A DNA stretch of 64,000 bases from Polyangia bacterium (lineage in GTDB: Bacteria; Myxococcota_A; Polyangia; Fen-1088). The stretch's first letter is position 1. Each line of letters begins with the position of its first letter. This document shows, one piece after another, positions 49,908 to 60,965 of the stretch. The DNA lies in the NCBI GenBank assembly GCA_035607055.1, contig DATNDC010000214.1:3911-67910 (forward strand), given 5' to 3'. Under the pieces are notes generated by a model, which was given only the letters and a program-made list of their open reading frames with translations, did no database searches and had not been told where the DNA came from. Position numbers and translations under genes: made by a program.

Positions 49908-51695
49908 ATGAGCTCCGTCCTCGCGCGGGTCGCCGCGTTTGCTCTTCTTGCCGTCGGCGCGGGCTGCGCCACGGCGCCGCCGCCGATCACCAAGATCGTG
50001 AACGGCCGGGTGATCGAGACGCGGGCGGTGAGCCCGGAGGCCTACGAGCACGTCACGCGCGCCTACCTCTATGAAGAGGAGGAGCGCTGGCAGGAGGCGG
50101 CCGACGAGCTGCAGCGCGCGCTTCCGTTCGATCCCGACGCCGCCGAGGTGCGCGCCGAATTGGCCGAGCTGTTCATCCGGCTGGGGCGGCGCGATGACGC
50201 GGCCGACGAGATCGCGCGCTCGCTGGCGTCGGCGCCCACGGTCGAGGGCTACCTGGCCGAGGCGCACCTCGCCGAAGCGCGGTCCCAGGCGGAGAGCAAG
50301 CAGGCCGGCGATCCGATCCCGCCCTTGACCGAGGCGGCGCGGCTGGCGCTGGCGAACGAGGATCCCGAACAGATCGAGGCGACGCACCTCGAGCTCGCCG
50401 ACGTCCAGATAGGCACGCTCGACCTTTCCGCCGCCTTGGAGACGGTGCGCCGGCTGGTCCAGGCGGCGCCCGACACGCAGCGCGGCCGGGCGCAGCTGGC
50501 GGCCCTGGCCTGGACGATGGACGCGCGCAGCGAAGCGCAGAACGCGCTCGCCGCCGCGCTCGACAGCGAGCCCGCCGACGTCGAGGCGCGCGTGCTGCTG
50601 GCCGAGCTGCAGGTGGCCGGCGGCCAGGAGGCGCAAGCGAAGGCCAGCTTCGCCGAAGCGATCGACCGCGCCGACGCGCCGCTGGAGATTGCCAACGCGT
50701 TCGCCGGCTGGCTGGTCCTGCGCGGCGAGCTGGGCCCGGCGCAGGAGCTGGCCGACCGCCTGAACGCCGACGTGCCCGACGTCGACGCGCTGGAGCAGGC
50801 CGCCGCGCTCGAGCGGACGGTCAAGCGCCCCGAACGCGCGCTGGCCTTCGCCGAGCGGGCGCGCAAGCTCGGCGCGAGCCCCGGGCGGGTGGCGATCATG
50901 GTGGGCGCCGCGTTGGCGGCGAAGGACGACCAGGCCGGCGCGGTGAAGAGCTACCGCAGCGTCGCCAAGAGCGACCCGCTCTACTTCGAGGCCGGTCTGC
51001 GCGCCGCCGAGCTCTTGCGCGACAAGGGGAAGCTGGCCGACGCGCAAAAGATGATCGACGCCATCGAGGCGGTCGCCGGGACCGCCACCGACGACGCGCA
51101 CAAGGTGGAGCTCGCCTTCGCGCGCAGCCAGCTGGAAGAGAAGCGGGGCGACGCCGCGCGGGCCGCGCGCGTGCTCGACGACGCTTTGGCGGAGAAGCCC
51201 GCCGACCGCCAGCTCGCGGACCGCCTGATCCTCGAGCGGGCGGCGGTCGACGACCGGCGCGGCGACTGGCAGAAGGCGGTCGCGCGCGTGAGCGAGATCC
51301 TGGCCCGCGAGCCGCGCAACGTGGAGGCGCTCAACTTCGCGGGGTTCGTGGCCGCCGACCACGCGCAGGACCTGCCGCGCGCCGTGAAGCGCCTGCAGGC
51401 CGCGATGGCGCTCTCGCCGGGGACGGGCGGGATCATCGACAGCCTGGGATGGGCCTACTTTCGGTCCGGCGACCTGGCGCGGGCCGACAGCTTCCTCGAG
51501 CAGGCGGGGCGCCTCGAGCCCGCCGACCCCGAGATCCTCGGCCACCTCGGCGACCTCTACGCCCAGCGCCACGAGCGCGACCGCGCGCTCGCGACCTACA
51601 AGCGGGCGCTGACGCTGTCGCCGAGCGATCGGGTGGCGCGCGAGCTCGCCGAGAAGCTGCGAACGCTCGACGCCAAGAGCGCGGCGGGACGATGA
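49908..51695 (+). CDS. TPR-repeat lipoprotein
   Basis: Start at MSSVLARVAAFALLAVGAGCA (lipobox), 2 nt after the pccB stop. Multiple TPR-like AxxxLxxAL repeats. C-terminal ...GWAYFRSGDLARADSFLEQA...ALATYKRALTLSP. Confidence 0.7.
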   Translation: MSSVLARVAAFALLAVGAGCATAPPPITKIVNGRVIETRAVSPEAYEHVTRAYLYEEEERWQEAADELQRALPFDPDAAEVRAELAELFIRLGRRDDAADEIARSLASAPTVEGYLAEAHLAEARSQAESKQAGDPIPPLTEAARLALANEDPEQIEATHLELADVQIGTLDLSAALETVRRLVQAAPDTQRGRAQLAALAWTMDARSEAQNALAAALDSEPADVEARVLLAELQVAGGQEAQAKASFAEAIDRADAPLEIANAFAGWLVLRGELGPAQELADRLNADVPDVDALEQAAALERTVKRPERALAFAERARKLGASPGRVAIMVGAALAAKDDQAGAVKSYRSVAKSDPLYFEAGLRAAELLRDKGKLADAQKMIDAIEAVAGTATDDAHKVELAFARSQLEEKRGDAARAARVLDDALAEKPADRQLADRLILERAAVDDRRGDWQKAVARVSEILAREPRNVEALNFAGFVAADHAQDLPRAVKRLQAAMALSPGTGGIIDSLGWAYFRSGDLARADSFLEQAGRLEPADPEILGHLGDLYAQRHERDRALATYKRALTLSPSDRVARELAEKLRTLDAKSAAGR

Positions 51696-52522
51696 CCCGG
51701 CGCTCGACGCCCGCCGCGATCGCTCTCGCCCTGGCGCTGCTCGTCTGGGGGAGCGGCTGCCCGAGCCCGCCGCCGGTGGCGCGGCCGTACCCGGAGCCGA
51801 CGCCGGAGGCGCTCATGGCCGACTTGGCCGCGCGCCAGCGCGCTGTCCCCGGGATGAGCGCGCGCGTCCGCGCCACCAGCTGGCTGGGCGGCGAGCGGGT
51901 CCGCGCCACCGTGAACATGCTGGTCGAGCGCGATGGGCGCCTGCGCCTCGAAGCCGAGGTGACCCTGCAGGGGACCGTCGCCACGCTGGCCACCGACGGC
52001 GCGACGTTCGCGCTCTACGACGCCCGCAAGAACGAGCTTTCGCGGGGGCCGGCCTGTCCCGCCAACGTCGCCTCGCTGATCCGGATCCCGCTCGCGCCGG
52101 CCGAGGTGGCGGCCATCCTGCTGGGCGACGCGCGCCTCCCGGAGGCCGCCGACGGGCCGCCGCTCGTCGGCTGGGAGCCGCACCTCGGCGCCGACGTGCT
52201 GGCGGTGCGCGATCGGACCGGCGGCGCGTTGCAGCTCTTCTTCCACGGCGACGGCGCCGCGCGCGAGTTGGTGGCCGCCACGCGCGTCGACGTCACCGGC
52301 GCACCGCTCTGGCGCACGTCATACGAGGACTTTGAAACCGCCGCCGGCCAGCGCCTGCCGCGCACGATCCGGTTCGCCGAAGGACGCGCCAGCTTCGACG
52401 ACGGCGTCGAGATCAAATTCAAAGATCGCTCCGTGGGCGACGCCCCGCCGCCTCAGGCGTTCACGCTCGCGCCGCCGCCCGGCGTCGCGGTCCGCGAAGT
52501 CGGCTGCGGAACGCGCCCCTGA
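51692..52522 (+). CDS. Lipoprotein, DUF4292/LolB-like fold candidate
   Basis: MTRRSTPAAIALALALLVWGSGCP (lipobox). The start overlaps the upstream stop (ATGA). 276 aa. Confidence 0.55.
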   Translation: MTRRSTPAAIALALALLVWGSGCPSPPPVARPYPEPTPEALMADLAARQRAVPGMSARVRATSWLGGERVRATVNMLVERDGRLRLEAEVTLQGTVATLATDGATFALYDARKNELSRGPACPANVASLIRIPLAPAEVAAILLGDARLPEAADGPPLVGWEPHLGADVLAVRDRTGGALQLFFHGDGAARELVAATRVDVTGAPLWRTSYEDFETAAGQRLPRTIRFAEGRASFDDGVEIKFKDRSVGDAPPPQAFTLAPPPGVAVREVGCGTRP

Positions 52523-52654
52523 TTTTTGAGCGCGCCGCCACGTCCCAATCAGAATTCTGAGCAGCCGTCGTGGCGCCCGACGGACGCCAGGCGAGGGTTC
52601 ATGCTGTTTCCCGGCTGGCCCGCTCCTTGCTGATTTCCGGTCTCGGAGGCTCCG

Positions 52655-53899
52655 ATGACGCGTGCTCTGACGATAGTCCCTCTCTTTGTGCTGCTCGGCT
52701 GCGGGTCGCAGGCGCTCGCACCCGCGGGATCGGACCAGCAGGCGCGGCCGATTCCAGCGGTGGCAGTAAACGATCCCTGTTCTGCCTACACGACCGCGAC
52801 CGACTGCGAGGGCGCCGTCGGTCCGAGTGCGGGGACGAACCTCGCCGGCCGAAGCTGCACCTGGACGGCGGTCGAAGCCTGTCCCGCGGGCGCGACCTGC
52901 CCCTCTGGCGTCTGCACGACGATCAGCGCTTGTGCCGGCCTGACGACAGCCGACGCCTGTGCAGCCAACCCCTCATGTGTCTGGTCGGAGATCCTGGCGA
53001 CCGCGAGCGCCCCCGCACTCTGCCCGGTCGGTCAGGATTGTTCCTCTGGCGGCTTTTGCTTTCAGCGCGACTCCTCGGCGGGGGGGACCACTTGCCTGTG
53101 CGTCCAGCCGCTCGCCTGCCCGGCGAATGGCGCCTGTCCGCCGGTGCAGTGCGACTGCCCGTCCCCGCAGCCGGTGGACGCCGGGAGCGGCGGCGGTGGA
53201 ACCTGTACCTGCGGTTGCCCCGCGTGCCTGCCCGGCGAGGCCTGCCCGCCGTGTGACTGCCAGTGCGGCACCGGCGGCGGAGCCGGAGGCGCGGGCGGCG
53301 GCTGCGGCGCAGGCACCGGCGGCGCCACGGGGTCGGGCGGCGCCACCGGCGCGGGCGGCAGCCCCGGAACCTGCACCTGCAATTGTCCCGTCTGCCCCGC
53401 GGGCGAGGCCTGCGCGGCCTGCAGCTGCTCCTGCACGAACGGCTCGACCACGACCATGACCGCCACGCCGTCCAGCTCGAGCACGACGCCGACCGACAGC
53501 ACGGGCGGCGGGTCGGCGTCGGTGTGCGGCTGTCCGGCCTGTCCCGCGAATACGGCCTGCGCGCCCTGCGGCTGCGGCAGCGAGCCGGCCGATCCCTGCA
53601 CGGCGCACACGGACGCCGCCTCTTGCACGGCCGACACCACCGACGACTGCGGCTGGACCTCCCTCACGATCGAATGCATCACCACGCCGTGCCCCACCGG
53701 AAGCTGCGCGCGGATGACCCCGGTCGTGACGTCCGACGGCGGCAGCGGCTCAGGCACCGGCGGGTGCGGCTGCGCCTGCCCCGCCTGCACGGCGGGGCAG
53801 ACCTGCCCGCCGTGTGCCTGCACCTGCTGCCCCGGACCGGCACCCGGGTCGCCCGTGACGCTGCAGCCCGCCAGCGGCGCGCCGTCGACCGGCGGGTAG
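52655..53899 (+). CDS. Cys-rich lipoprotein with four tandem metallothionein-like CxCxCPxC...CxxCxCxC repeats
   Basis: [17 protein letters not shown] (lipobox). Repeats: [22 protein letters not shown] / [21 protein letters not shown] / [18 protein letters not shown] / [22 protein letters not shown]. Gly/Ser/Thr linkers separate them. Confidence 0.65.
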   Translation: MTRALTIVPLFVLLGCGSQALAPAGSDQQARPIPAVAVNDPCSAYTTATDCEGAVGPSAGTNLAGRSCTWTAVEACPAGATCPSGVCTTISACAGLTTADACAANPSCVWSEILATASAPALCPVGQDCSSGGFCFQRDSSAGGTTCLCVQPLACPANGACPPVQCDCPSPQPVDAGSGGGGTCTCGCPACLPGEACPPCDCQCGTGGGAGGAGGGCGAGTGGATGSGGATGAGGSPGTCTCNCPVCPAGEACAACSCSCTNGSTTTMTATPSSSSTTPTDSTGGGSASVCGCPACPANTACAPCGCGSEPADPCTAHTDAASCTADTTDDCGWTSLTIECITTPCPTGSCARMTPVVTSDGGSGSGTGGCGCACPACTAGQTCPPCACTCCPGPAPGSPVTLQPASGAPSTGG

Positions 53900-53945
53900 C
53901 CGAGACGAGAATCGCTCGGAAATCGACGACAATCGCGGAGGGAAA

Positions 53946-54002
53946 GCGCGACCGGCATTGACTCCCGCCGGTCGCGCTGGGAAACTCCCGGCCTCTGTTT
54001 TT
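53946..54002 (+). terminator. Perfect 11-bp inverted repeat hairpin followed (after about 20 nt) by a T-run, between the lipoprotein gene and metK. Terminator or leader/attenuator candidate.
   Basis: gcgcgaccggc (53946-53956), 10-nt loop, gccggtcgcgc (53967-53977). T5 at 53998-54002. The spacing to the T-run is longer than in a canonical intrinsic terminator. Confidence 0.3.
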
Positions 54003-54013
54003 CAACGTCGTCT

Positions 54014-54019
54014 AAGGAG
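54014..54019 (+). promoter_or_regulatory. Shine-Dalgarno AAGGAG for metK
   Basis: aaggag lies 8 nt upstream of the ATG at 54027. Confidence 0.5.
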
Positions 54020-54026
54020 TCTTTCC

Positions 54027-55283
54027 ATGTCCGAGTATCTGTTCACCTCCGAGAGCGTCACCGAAGGCCACCCCGACAAGCTGTGCGATCAGGTGTCGGA
54101 CGGGATCCTCGACGCGCTCATCAAGGGGGACAAGGGGTCGCGGGTCGCGTGCGAGACGCTGACCAAGACGGGGTTCGTGATGGTGGCGGGCGAGGTGACC
54201 TCCTCGGCGCAGATCGACATCCCCAAGATCGTCCGCAGCGTGGTCAAGGAGATCGGCTACAGCAGCTCGGACATGGGCTTCGACTGGCAGACCTGCGGCG
54301 TGATGGTGGCGCTCGAGCAGCAGTCGCCCGACATCGCCCAGGGCGTCGACGGCAAGGGCGTCTACACGCGCGACGAGCAAGGCGCCGGCGACCAGGGGAT
54401 GATGTTCGGCTTCGCTTGCGACGACACGCCCGAGCTGATGCCGATGCCAATCATGACCGCGCACAAGCTCTCCAAGCGCCTCGCCGACGTGCGCAAGAAG
54501 GGGACGCTCGACTTCCTGCGCCCCGACGGCAAGAGCCAGGTCTCGGTGCGCTACTCGGGTGAGGACAAGCCGCTCGGCATCGACGCGGTGGTCATCTCCA
54601 CCCAGCACAGCGAGGACGTGAAGTACAAGACGCTGAAGGAAGCGGTGATGGACGAGGTCATCAAGCCGGTCCTGCCGGCGGGCCTGGTCTCGAACAAGAC
54701 CAAGTTCTTCATCAACCCCACCGGCCGCTTCGTCGTCGGCGGGCCGATGGGCGACTCCGGGCTCACCGGGCGCAAGATCATCGTCGACACCTACGGCGGC
54801 ATGGGACGCCACGGCGGGGGCGCCTTCTCGGGCAAGGATCCCTCGAAGGTCGATCGCTCGGCCTGCTACTACGCACGCTACATCGCCAAGAACGTGGTGG
54901 CGGCCGGTCTGGCCCGCCGCTGCGAGGTGCAGGTGGCCTACGCGATCGGCGTCGCCGACCCGGTCTCGCTGCTGGTCCACACCTTCGGCACCGGAAAGAT
55001 CTCCGAGGATCGCCTGGCCGAGATCGTACGCGCCAACTTCGATTGCCGCCCGGGCGCGCTCATCCGCGAGCTGAACCTCTTGCGGCCCATCTACCAGAAG
55101 ACGGCGGCCTACGGTCACTTCGGCCGGCAGGATCCCGACTTCTTCTGGGAGAAGACCAACAAGGCCGAGGCGCTCAAATCGGCGGCCCGCAAGTACGTCG
55201 GCGCCAACGGTCACGCCAACGGCAGCGGCAACGGCAAGCCGAGCGGCGGCAAGCGCCGCACCGAGCGCGCGCTCGAGGCGTAG
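54027..55283 (+). CDS. metK: S-adenosylmethionine synthetase
   Basis: [30 protein letters not shown]..., [12 protein letters not shown], and the other MetK signatures. The C-terminal tail is Gly/Asn-rich and about 25 aa. Confidence 0.93.
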   Translation: MSEYLFTSESVTEGHPDKLCDQVSDGILDALIKGDKGSRVACETLTKTGFVMVAGEVTSSAQIDIPKIVRSVVKEIGYSSSDMGFDWQTCGVMVALEQQSPDIAQGVDGKGVYTRDEQGAGDQGMMFGFACDDTPELMPMPIMTAHKLSKRLADVRKKGTLDFLRPDGKSQVSVRYSGEDKPLGIDAVVISTQHSEDVKYKTLKEAVMDEVIKPVLPAGLVSNKTKFFINPTGRFVVGGPMGDSGLTGRKIIVDTYGGMGRHGGGAFSGKDPSKVDRSACYYARYIAKNVVAAGLARRCEVQVAYAIGVADPVSLLVHTFGTGKISEDRLAEIVRANFDCRPGALIRELNLLRPIYQKTAAYGHFGRQDPDFFWEKTNKAEALKSAARKYVGANGHANGSGNGKPSGGKRRTERALEA

Positions 55284-55307
55284 CGCGCGTCCCTCTCGCG
55301 GCGCTTC

Positions 55308-57092
55308 TCAGTGAGGCGCCGCGGGAAAGTAGCGCGGCGCCGGCGCGCGAACCGCGGGCGGTGTCGGCGCCGGCATCGGCGCCGGAGCCGGCGGCGGCAG
55401 CTCCTCCTGCCCCTCGCTGACCTCTTCGCCGACCTCGAGATCCGGCGTCGTGCTCGAGGGGGTGGTCTCGGGCGGGCGGCCGCCGGGGACGCCCTGCGCC
55501 TCGCGCACGTAGCGCATCATCGCGTTCACGCAGGTGACCTGCGCGCCGCGGACGGCGGCCAAGCTGCGCCCGCGCAGCCCCTCGACCAGGATGGAGAACG
55601 CCAGGACGTCAGGCCCGTCGCCGACCAGGCCGGAGAGGCAGGACTTACCGCGCAGCGTGCCCGTCTTCGCCCGCACGCGCTCGGCGGCCAGCGTCCCCTT
55701 GAACCGGTTGCGGGTCGTGCCGTCGACGCCGCCGACCGACAGCGACTGCAGGAGCTCGGGGCCGACGCGCGGATCGAGGTAGAGCGACCGCAGGAGCGCG
55801 GCCATCGCGTCGGCGGTGATCCGGTTGGCGTGGCCGAGGCCGGAGCCGTTGCGCGGGACGTAGCTCGACGGCGGCAATCCCAGCTCGCCGATCACCTCGC
55901 GCAGGAGGTGCACCCCCTTCTCGCCCGTCGGCGGGCCGCCGTAGACCTCGGCCCCGGCGGCCTCCAGCACCCGCTCGGCGTAGTCGTTCTCCGAGTCCTT
56001 GTTGATCTTGCGCAGCAGGATCCCGAGCGGCGCCGACTCGTGGAGCGCGAGCAGCGGGCGCGCCTTGCCGGAACGGAGCGGAGGCGTCGGCTCGACGCGC
56101 GCGTCGTCGCGCACGGCGATCCCCGCTCCCGCCAGCGCCGCCCGCATGAGCGCCGCCGCGTAAAGCGCCTGGTGGGGCGCCCGGCGACGGAAGATGAGCG
56201 CCCCGCGCTGCAGGCTGATGTGCCCGTCGACGTCGACCTGGATGCGCGAGCCGGCCACCGACACACGAACCGTCACCCGCGAACGGCCGCGCGCCTTGGT
56301 GTGGACGGTGTTGTGCACGACGAAGGAGGGGTCGGCGGGCGTGGTGGTCACCTCGGCGGGGAGGCCCGCCTCCGCCGCCGGCCGGATCCGCACCGTCATG
56401 AGACCGTGGTTCACCACCAGGGGCACGCGCGGCGAGAGGGTGCCGAGCGCCTCCAGCTTGGCGTCGTCCGGGCTGGGAGCGGCGCCGGGATCGTCGTCGG
56501 CGGTTACCTCGTCGGATGCCGGCTCGTCAGCGCCGAGGCGCCGCGGATCGGCCACCACCGCCCCCGCGATGCTGCGAACACCGCGACGGGCCAGCTCGGT
56601 CGCCATGGTGTCGAGAGCGGCGCTGCTCACGGTCGGATCGCCGCTGCCGCGCAGGTACACGTCACCGACCACCACGCCGTCCGCGGTGGGCGCGGCACCG
56701 GTCAGCTCGGTTCGGAACCGCCAGTCGGCGCCGAGCCGTATGAGGGCCGTCGTCGTGGCCAGGACCTTCTGGTTCGACGCCGGATCCATCAGGACGGTGC
56801 CGCGCGTCTCGAACAGGAGGCGCCCGGTGCGGGCCTCCATCACCCGCATCCCGACGCGCGTCCGGCGCAGCGCACTGTCGTGCAGGATCTCGCGCAGCGC
56901 CGTCTGCATGCGCACGATGCGATCGTGGTCGCGATCGCCGGCGGGCGGCTCGGGGGCGATCTCGGTGACCCGCGTCTGCTTGAGCGGCGCGGGCGTGGCG
57001 TGGTTGCGCGCCACGCCCGCGCGGGCGGCCTGGCCGTCGACGGCGGCGAGACCGGCCAGGCCGCTCAGAAAAACAAGCCACCGCGCCGCCAT
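55308..57092 (-). CDS. dacB: D-alanyl-D-alanine carboxypeptidase/endopeptidase (peptidase S13, PBP4-like) with Pro-rich C-terminal tail
   Basis: Start at MAARWLVFLSGLAGLAAVDGQA (signal peptide). SxxK: LMDPASNQKVLATT. The 1037-aa track ORF is a read-through of unrelated upstream frames. Confidence 0.75.
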   Translation of the reverse strand: MAARWLVFLSGLAGLAAVDGQAARAGVARNHATPAPLKQTRVTEIAPEPPAGDRDHDRIVRMQTALREILHDSALRRTRVGMRVMEARTGRLLFETRGTVLMDPASNQKVLATTTALIRLGADWRFRTELTGAAPTADGVVVGDVYLRGSGDPTVSSAALDTMATELARRGVRSIAGAVVADPRRLGADEPASDEVTADDDPGAAPSPDDAKLEALGTLSPRVPLVVNHGLMTVRIRPAAEAGLPAEVTTTPADPSFVVHNTVHTKARGRSRVTVRVSVAGSRIQVDVDGHISLQRGALIFRRRAPHQALYAAALMRAALAGAGIAVRDDARVEPTPPLRSGKARPLLALHESAPLGILLRKINKDSENDYAERVLEAAGAEVYGGPPTGEKGVHLLREVIGELGLPPSSYVPRNGSGLGHANRITADAMAALLRSLYLDPRVGPELLQSLSVGGVDGTTRNRFKGTLAAERVRAKTGTLRGKSCLSGLVGDGPDVLAFSILVEGLRGRSLAAVRGAQVTCVNAMMRYVREAQGVPGGRPPETTPSSTTPDLEVGEEVSEGQEELPPPAPAPMPAPTPPAVRAPAPRYFPAAPH

Positions 57093-57106
57093 CGAGCGTC
57101 CGCCCG

Positions 57107-57817
57107 TCACTTGCTCCCCGCGCAGCGGAACCCGAGATCGCCGTCGCGGTGGTCGGGGGCCCAGGCGTTCCGGTTGGGGGCGCGCGGGCCGACGAAGAAG
57201 CTGCAGCACGATCCGCCGCGCACGACCCGCCGGCCCGACTCCTGGTCGTACTTGTCCGCCACCCACTCCCAGACGTTCCCCCCCAGGTCGAGCACGCCGT
57301 ACGGGCTGGCGCCGCTCGGGTACTGGCCGACAGCCACGGGATGCCCCGGGTTCTTGCCGGCGCAGGGGCCTTCCCCTTCGAAGTTTCCCCAGTTGGCGCG
57401 CGCGCAGTCGGCGTCGTTCCCCCAGGGGTACTCGCGCCCGTCGGTGCCGCGCGCCGCCTTCTCCCACTCCGCCTCGGTCGGCAGCCGTCCCCCCGCGAAC
57501 TTGCAGTAGGCCTGCGCGTCGCTCCAGTCGACGCCGGTGACCGGGAGCTTGGCGTCGGCGCCGTCCGCGGCGAGCTTCTCCGGCGTCGCCTGGCAGCGGC
57601 CGGCGGCGACGCAGCTCGCATAGTCGGCGCGCGTGACCTCCGTGCGGTCGATGGCGAACGCTTTCAGCGTGACCTTGCGGACCGGGCGCTCGTCTTCGTC
57701 GCCGTGCGTGCTCCCCCGGGTGAAGGGGCCGCCCGGGATGGCAACGCGATCGTGCGCGGGACGCTCGCCGTGCGCGGCCACCATCAGTATCGCGGCCGAG
57801 AGGAGCCACCGCGCCAT
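57107..57817 (-). CDS. Secreted formylglycine-generating-enzyme (FGE/SUMF1) family domain protein
   Basis: MARWLLSAAILMVAAHG (signal peptide). ...GGRLPTEAEWEKAARGTDGREYPWGN...VLDLGGNVWEWVAD...VVRGGS.... These are typical FGE-sulfatase fold motifs. Confidence 0.75.
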   Translation of the reverse strand: MARWLLSAAILMVAAHGERPAHDRVAIPGGPFTRGSTHGDEDERPVRKVTLKAFAIDRTEVTRADYASCVAAGRCQATPEKLAADGADAKLPVTGVDWSDAQAYCKFAGGRLPTEAEWEKAARGTDGREYPWGNDADCARANWGNFEGEGPCAGKNPGHPVAVGQYPSGASPYGVLDLGGNVWEWVADKYDQESGRRVVRGGSCCSFFVGPRAPNRNAWAPDHRDGDLGFRCAGSK

Positions 57818-57837
57818 CGGGAAAGTCTATATCGCCT

Positions 57838-58782
57838 TCAATCCAGTCGCTCGATGAGCGCGCGGGCCTGTTCGGCCCAGGGAGCTCCTTCCGGCTCCAG
57901 CGCCAGGTAATGCTCGAGGTGCGCGCGGGCGGCGGCACGACCGCCCAGGCGCTCGAGCGCGACCGCCAGGTTGTAATGCGCGTCGGCGAAGTCGGGGGCG
58001 GTCTGCAGGACGCGACGCAGCTCAGCCACGGCCAGCTCGAGGTCGCCGTTCTCCAGCACCAGGTTGGCCAGGTTGAAGCGCGCCTCCGGCTGATCGGGGT
58101 CGAGCGCCAGCGCCGCCTCGAACGCCTCGCGCGCCGCTGCCACGTCGCCCCGCCGGTAAGCGAGGCTCCCCAGGTTGGTGCGCGCGGCCGCCAGCCCCGG
58201 GTCGAGCGCCAGCGCCTCCTGGTAGCACTTCTCGGCCCGCGCGTCGCTGTCCTCGTTTCCGCCGAGCTCGGCCCGCGTCCCCTCGACGAAGCAGTCGTAG
58301 GCCTGCCGCCTGGCCCCGCCCGAATCAGAGAGCCCGATCGCGTCGGGGGACGGCGAGCTCCGCTCGACGGACCCCAGCGCGGGGGGGTTGGGGGACCCTT
58401 TGAGGGTCCCCATCCTGGCAAGCTCCCCCAGCCCGAAGTCGAACAGCTTCTGGCCCGACGACTCGTAGGCGCTCCCCTCGTCGACCACCACCAGCTTGGC
58501 GCCGTCGAAGGCGACCCGCATGCGGTCGAGCGGGCGGTCGACGTGCGGCAGGGTGGCGCGCACCTCTTCGATCGCCTTGCGGATCTCCGCCGGCTTGAAC
58601 CCGCGCTCGGTCAGCTCCTTGGCCGCCTTGACGCTGACCAGGTCCTGGAACGAGTAGTGCGGCTTGCCGGCGCGCCGCGCCGAGGGCCCCACGAAGCCGA
58701 CCTGCGCCCAGTAGCGCAGCTTGCTCTCCGGCACCCCGAGGATCTTGGCGGCGCCGGCGTAGCTGTAGAGCGCCTCCTCCAT
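57838..58782 (-). CDS. MerR-family HTH regulator fused to TPR repeats
   Basis: N-terminal YSYAGAAKILGVPESKLRYWAQVGFV (MerR HTH). C-terminal repeats of AxxAxxNLG.LAYRRGDxAAA.EAFExAL (TPR). Confidence 0.7.
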   Translation of the reverse strand: MEEALYSYAGAAKILGVPESKLRYWAQVGFVGPSARRAGKPHYSFQDLVSVKAAKELTERGFKPAEIRKAIEEVRATLPHVDRPLDRMRVAFDGAKLVVVDEGSAYESSGQKLFDFGLGELARMGTLKGSPNPPALGSVERSSPSPDAIGLSDSGGARRQAYDCFVEGTRAELGGNEDSDARAEKCYQEALALDPGLAAARTNLGSLAYRRGDVAAAREAFEAALALDPDQPEARFNLANLVLENGDLELAVAELRRVLQTAPDFADAHYNLAVALERLGGRAAARAHLEHYLALEPEGAPWAEQARALIERLD

Positions 58783-58783
58783 G

Positions 58784-59404
58784 TCAGAACGTCGCTTCGA
58801 CGTCGATGTCGATGAAGACGCGCGCCGCCTGGGCCCGGATGGTCACGTGGGTGCGGACCGCCTTGGGCTTGGCCCCGGCGACGCGTTCGGCCTCGCGCGC
58901 GGCCAGCGCCTCGACGTGGGCGCCGGCCTGGGCGTCGGTCTCGAGCAGCGCGGCCAGCCGCCGGGCCGTCCCTGCGTCGCAGGTGTCGCGCAGCAGGAGC
59001 TCCAGCGACGGCAGATCGATGGTCAGCATGGTCGACCCGAAGTAGGCGTCGCGCCCGTTCCGAACGTTGCGCTGCCCCTCGGAGATCACCTCCGCGCGCG
59101 AGAGCACCAGCTCCAGCGCCGTGCGCGACAGCCGCTCGCGGACCTCCCGCTCGAAGAGCGCGACCTGGGTGGCGCGCGCCATCGGCCGGCGCGGGGCGAG
59201 CGCCGGTTGCGCCAGCGCCGCCGCCGCCTCGGCCGGGTCGGGGGTGCGTGAGCCCCTGCGCGTGGACGGAACCGGGCTCCGCCCGGTGGAGTCCTTCGGG
59301 GGAGGGTGCGGGAACCCTTCGAGGGCTCCCGCTTTTGATCGTTCCGTCATGACCATCACAATCGCGAGGGCGCGATCGTAGCAAGATTCGAGGGTGGAGC
59401 GCAA
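58784..59404 (-). CDS. Hypothetical protein, co-directional and 2 nt upstream of the MerR-TPR gene
   Basis: ORF of 206 aa with no recognisable motifs. Alternative internal starts exist (MVMTERSK, MARATQV). Confidence 0.35.
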   Translation of the reverse strand: MRSTLESCYDRALAIVMVMTERSKAGALEGFPHPPPKDSTGRSPVPSTRRGSRTPDPAEAAAALAQPALAPRRPMARATQVALFEREVRERLSRTALELVLSRAEVISEGQRNVRNGRDAYFGSTMLTIDLPSLELLLRDTCDAGTARRLAALLETDAQAGAHVEALAAREAERVAGAKPKAVRTHVTIRAQAARVFIDIDVEATF

Positions 59405-59436
59405 AAACGCCGCCCAAAGAGTTATGCTAGCGGCAC

Positions 59437-60960
<1,524 letters not shown>

Positions 60961-60965
60961 AGACC

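Noticed and set aside
55315-55341. Perfect 9-bp hairpin (ggcgccgcg/cgcggcgcc) just after metK, as a bidirectional terminator
   Set aside because: It lies inside the 3' coding end of the convergent PBP4-like gene and lacks a U-tract. It is possibly structural but is not callable as a terminator.
55308-58421. 1037-aa ORF
   Set aside because: It is a composite. Only the part from MAARWLV (top coordinate 57092) downward is a coherent PBP4-like protein. The N-terminal 440 aa are an Arg/Trp-rich frame-shifted read-through of the FGE and MerR-TPR genes.
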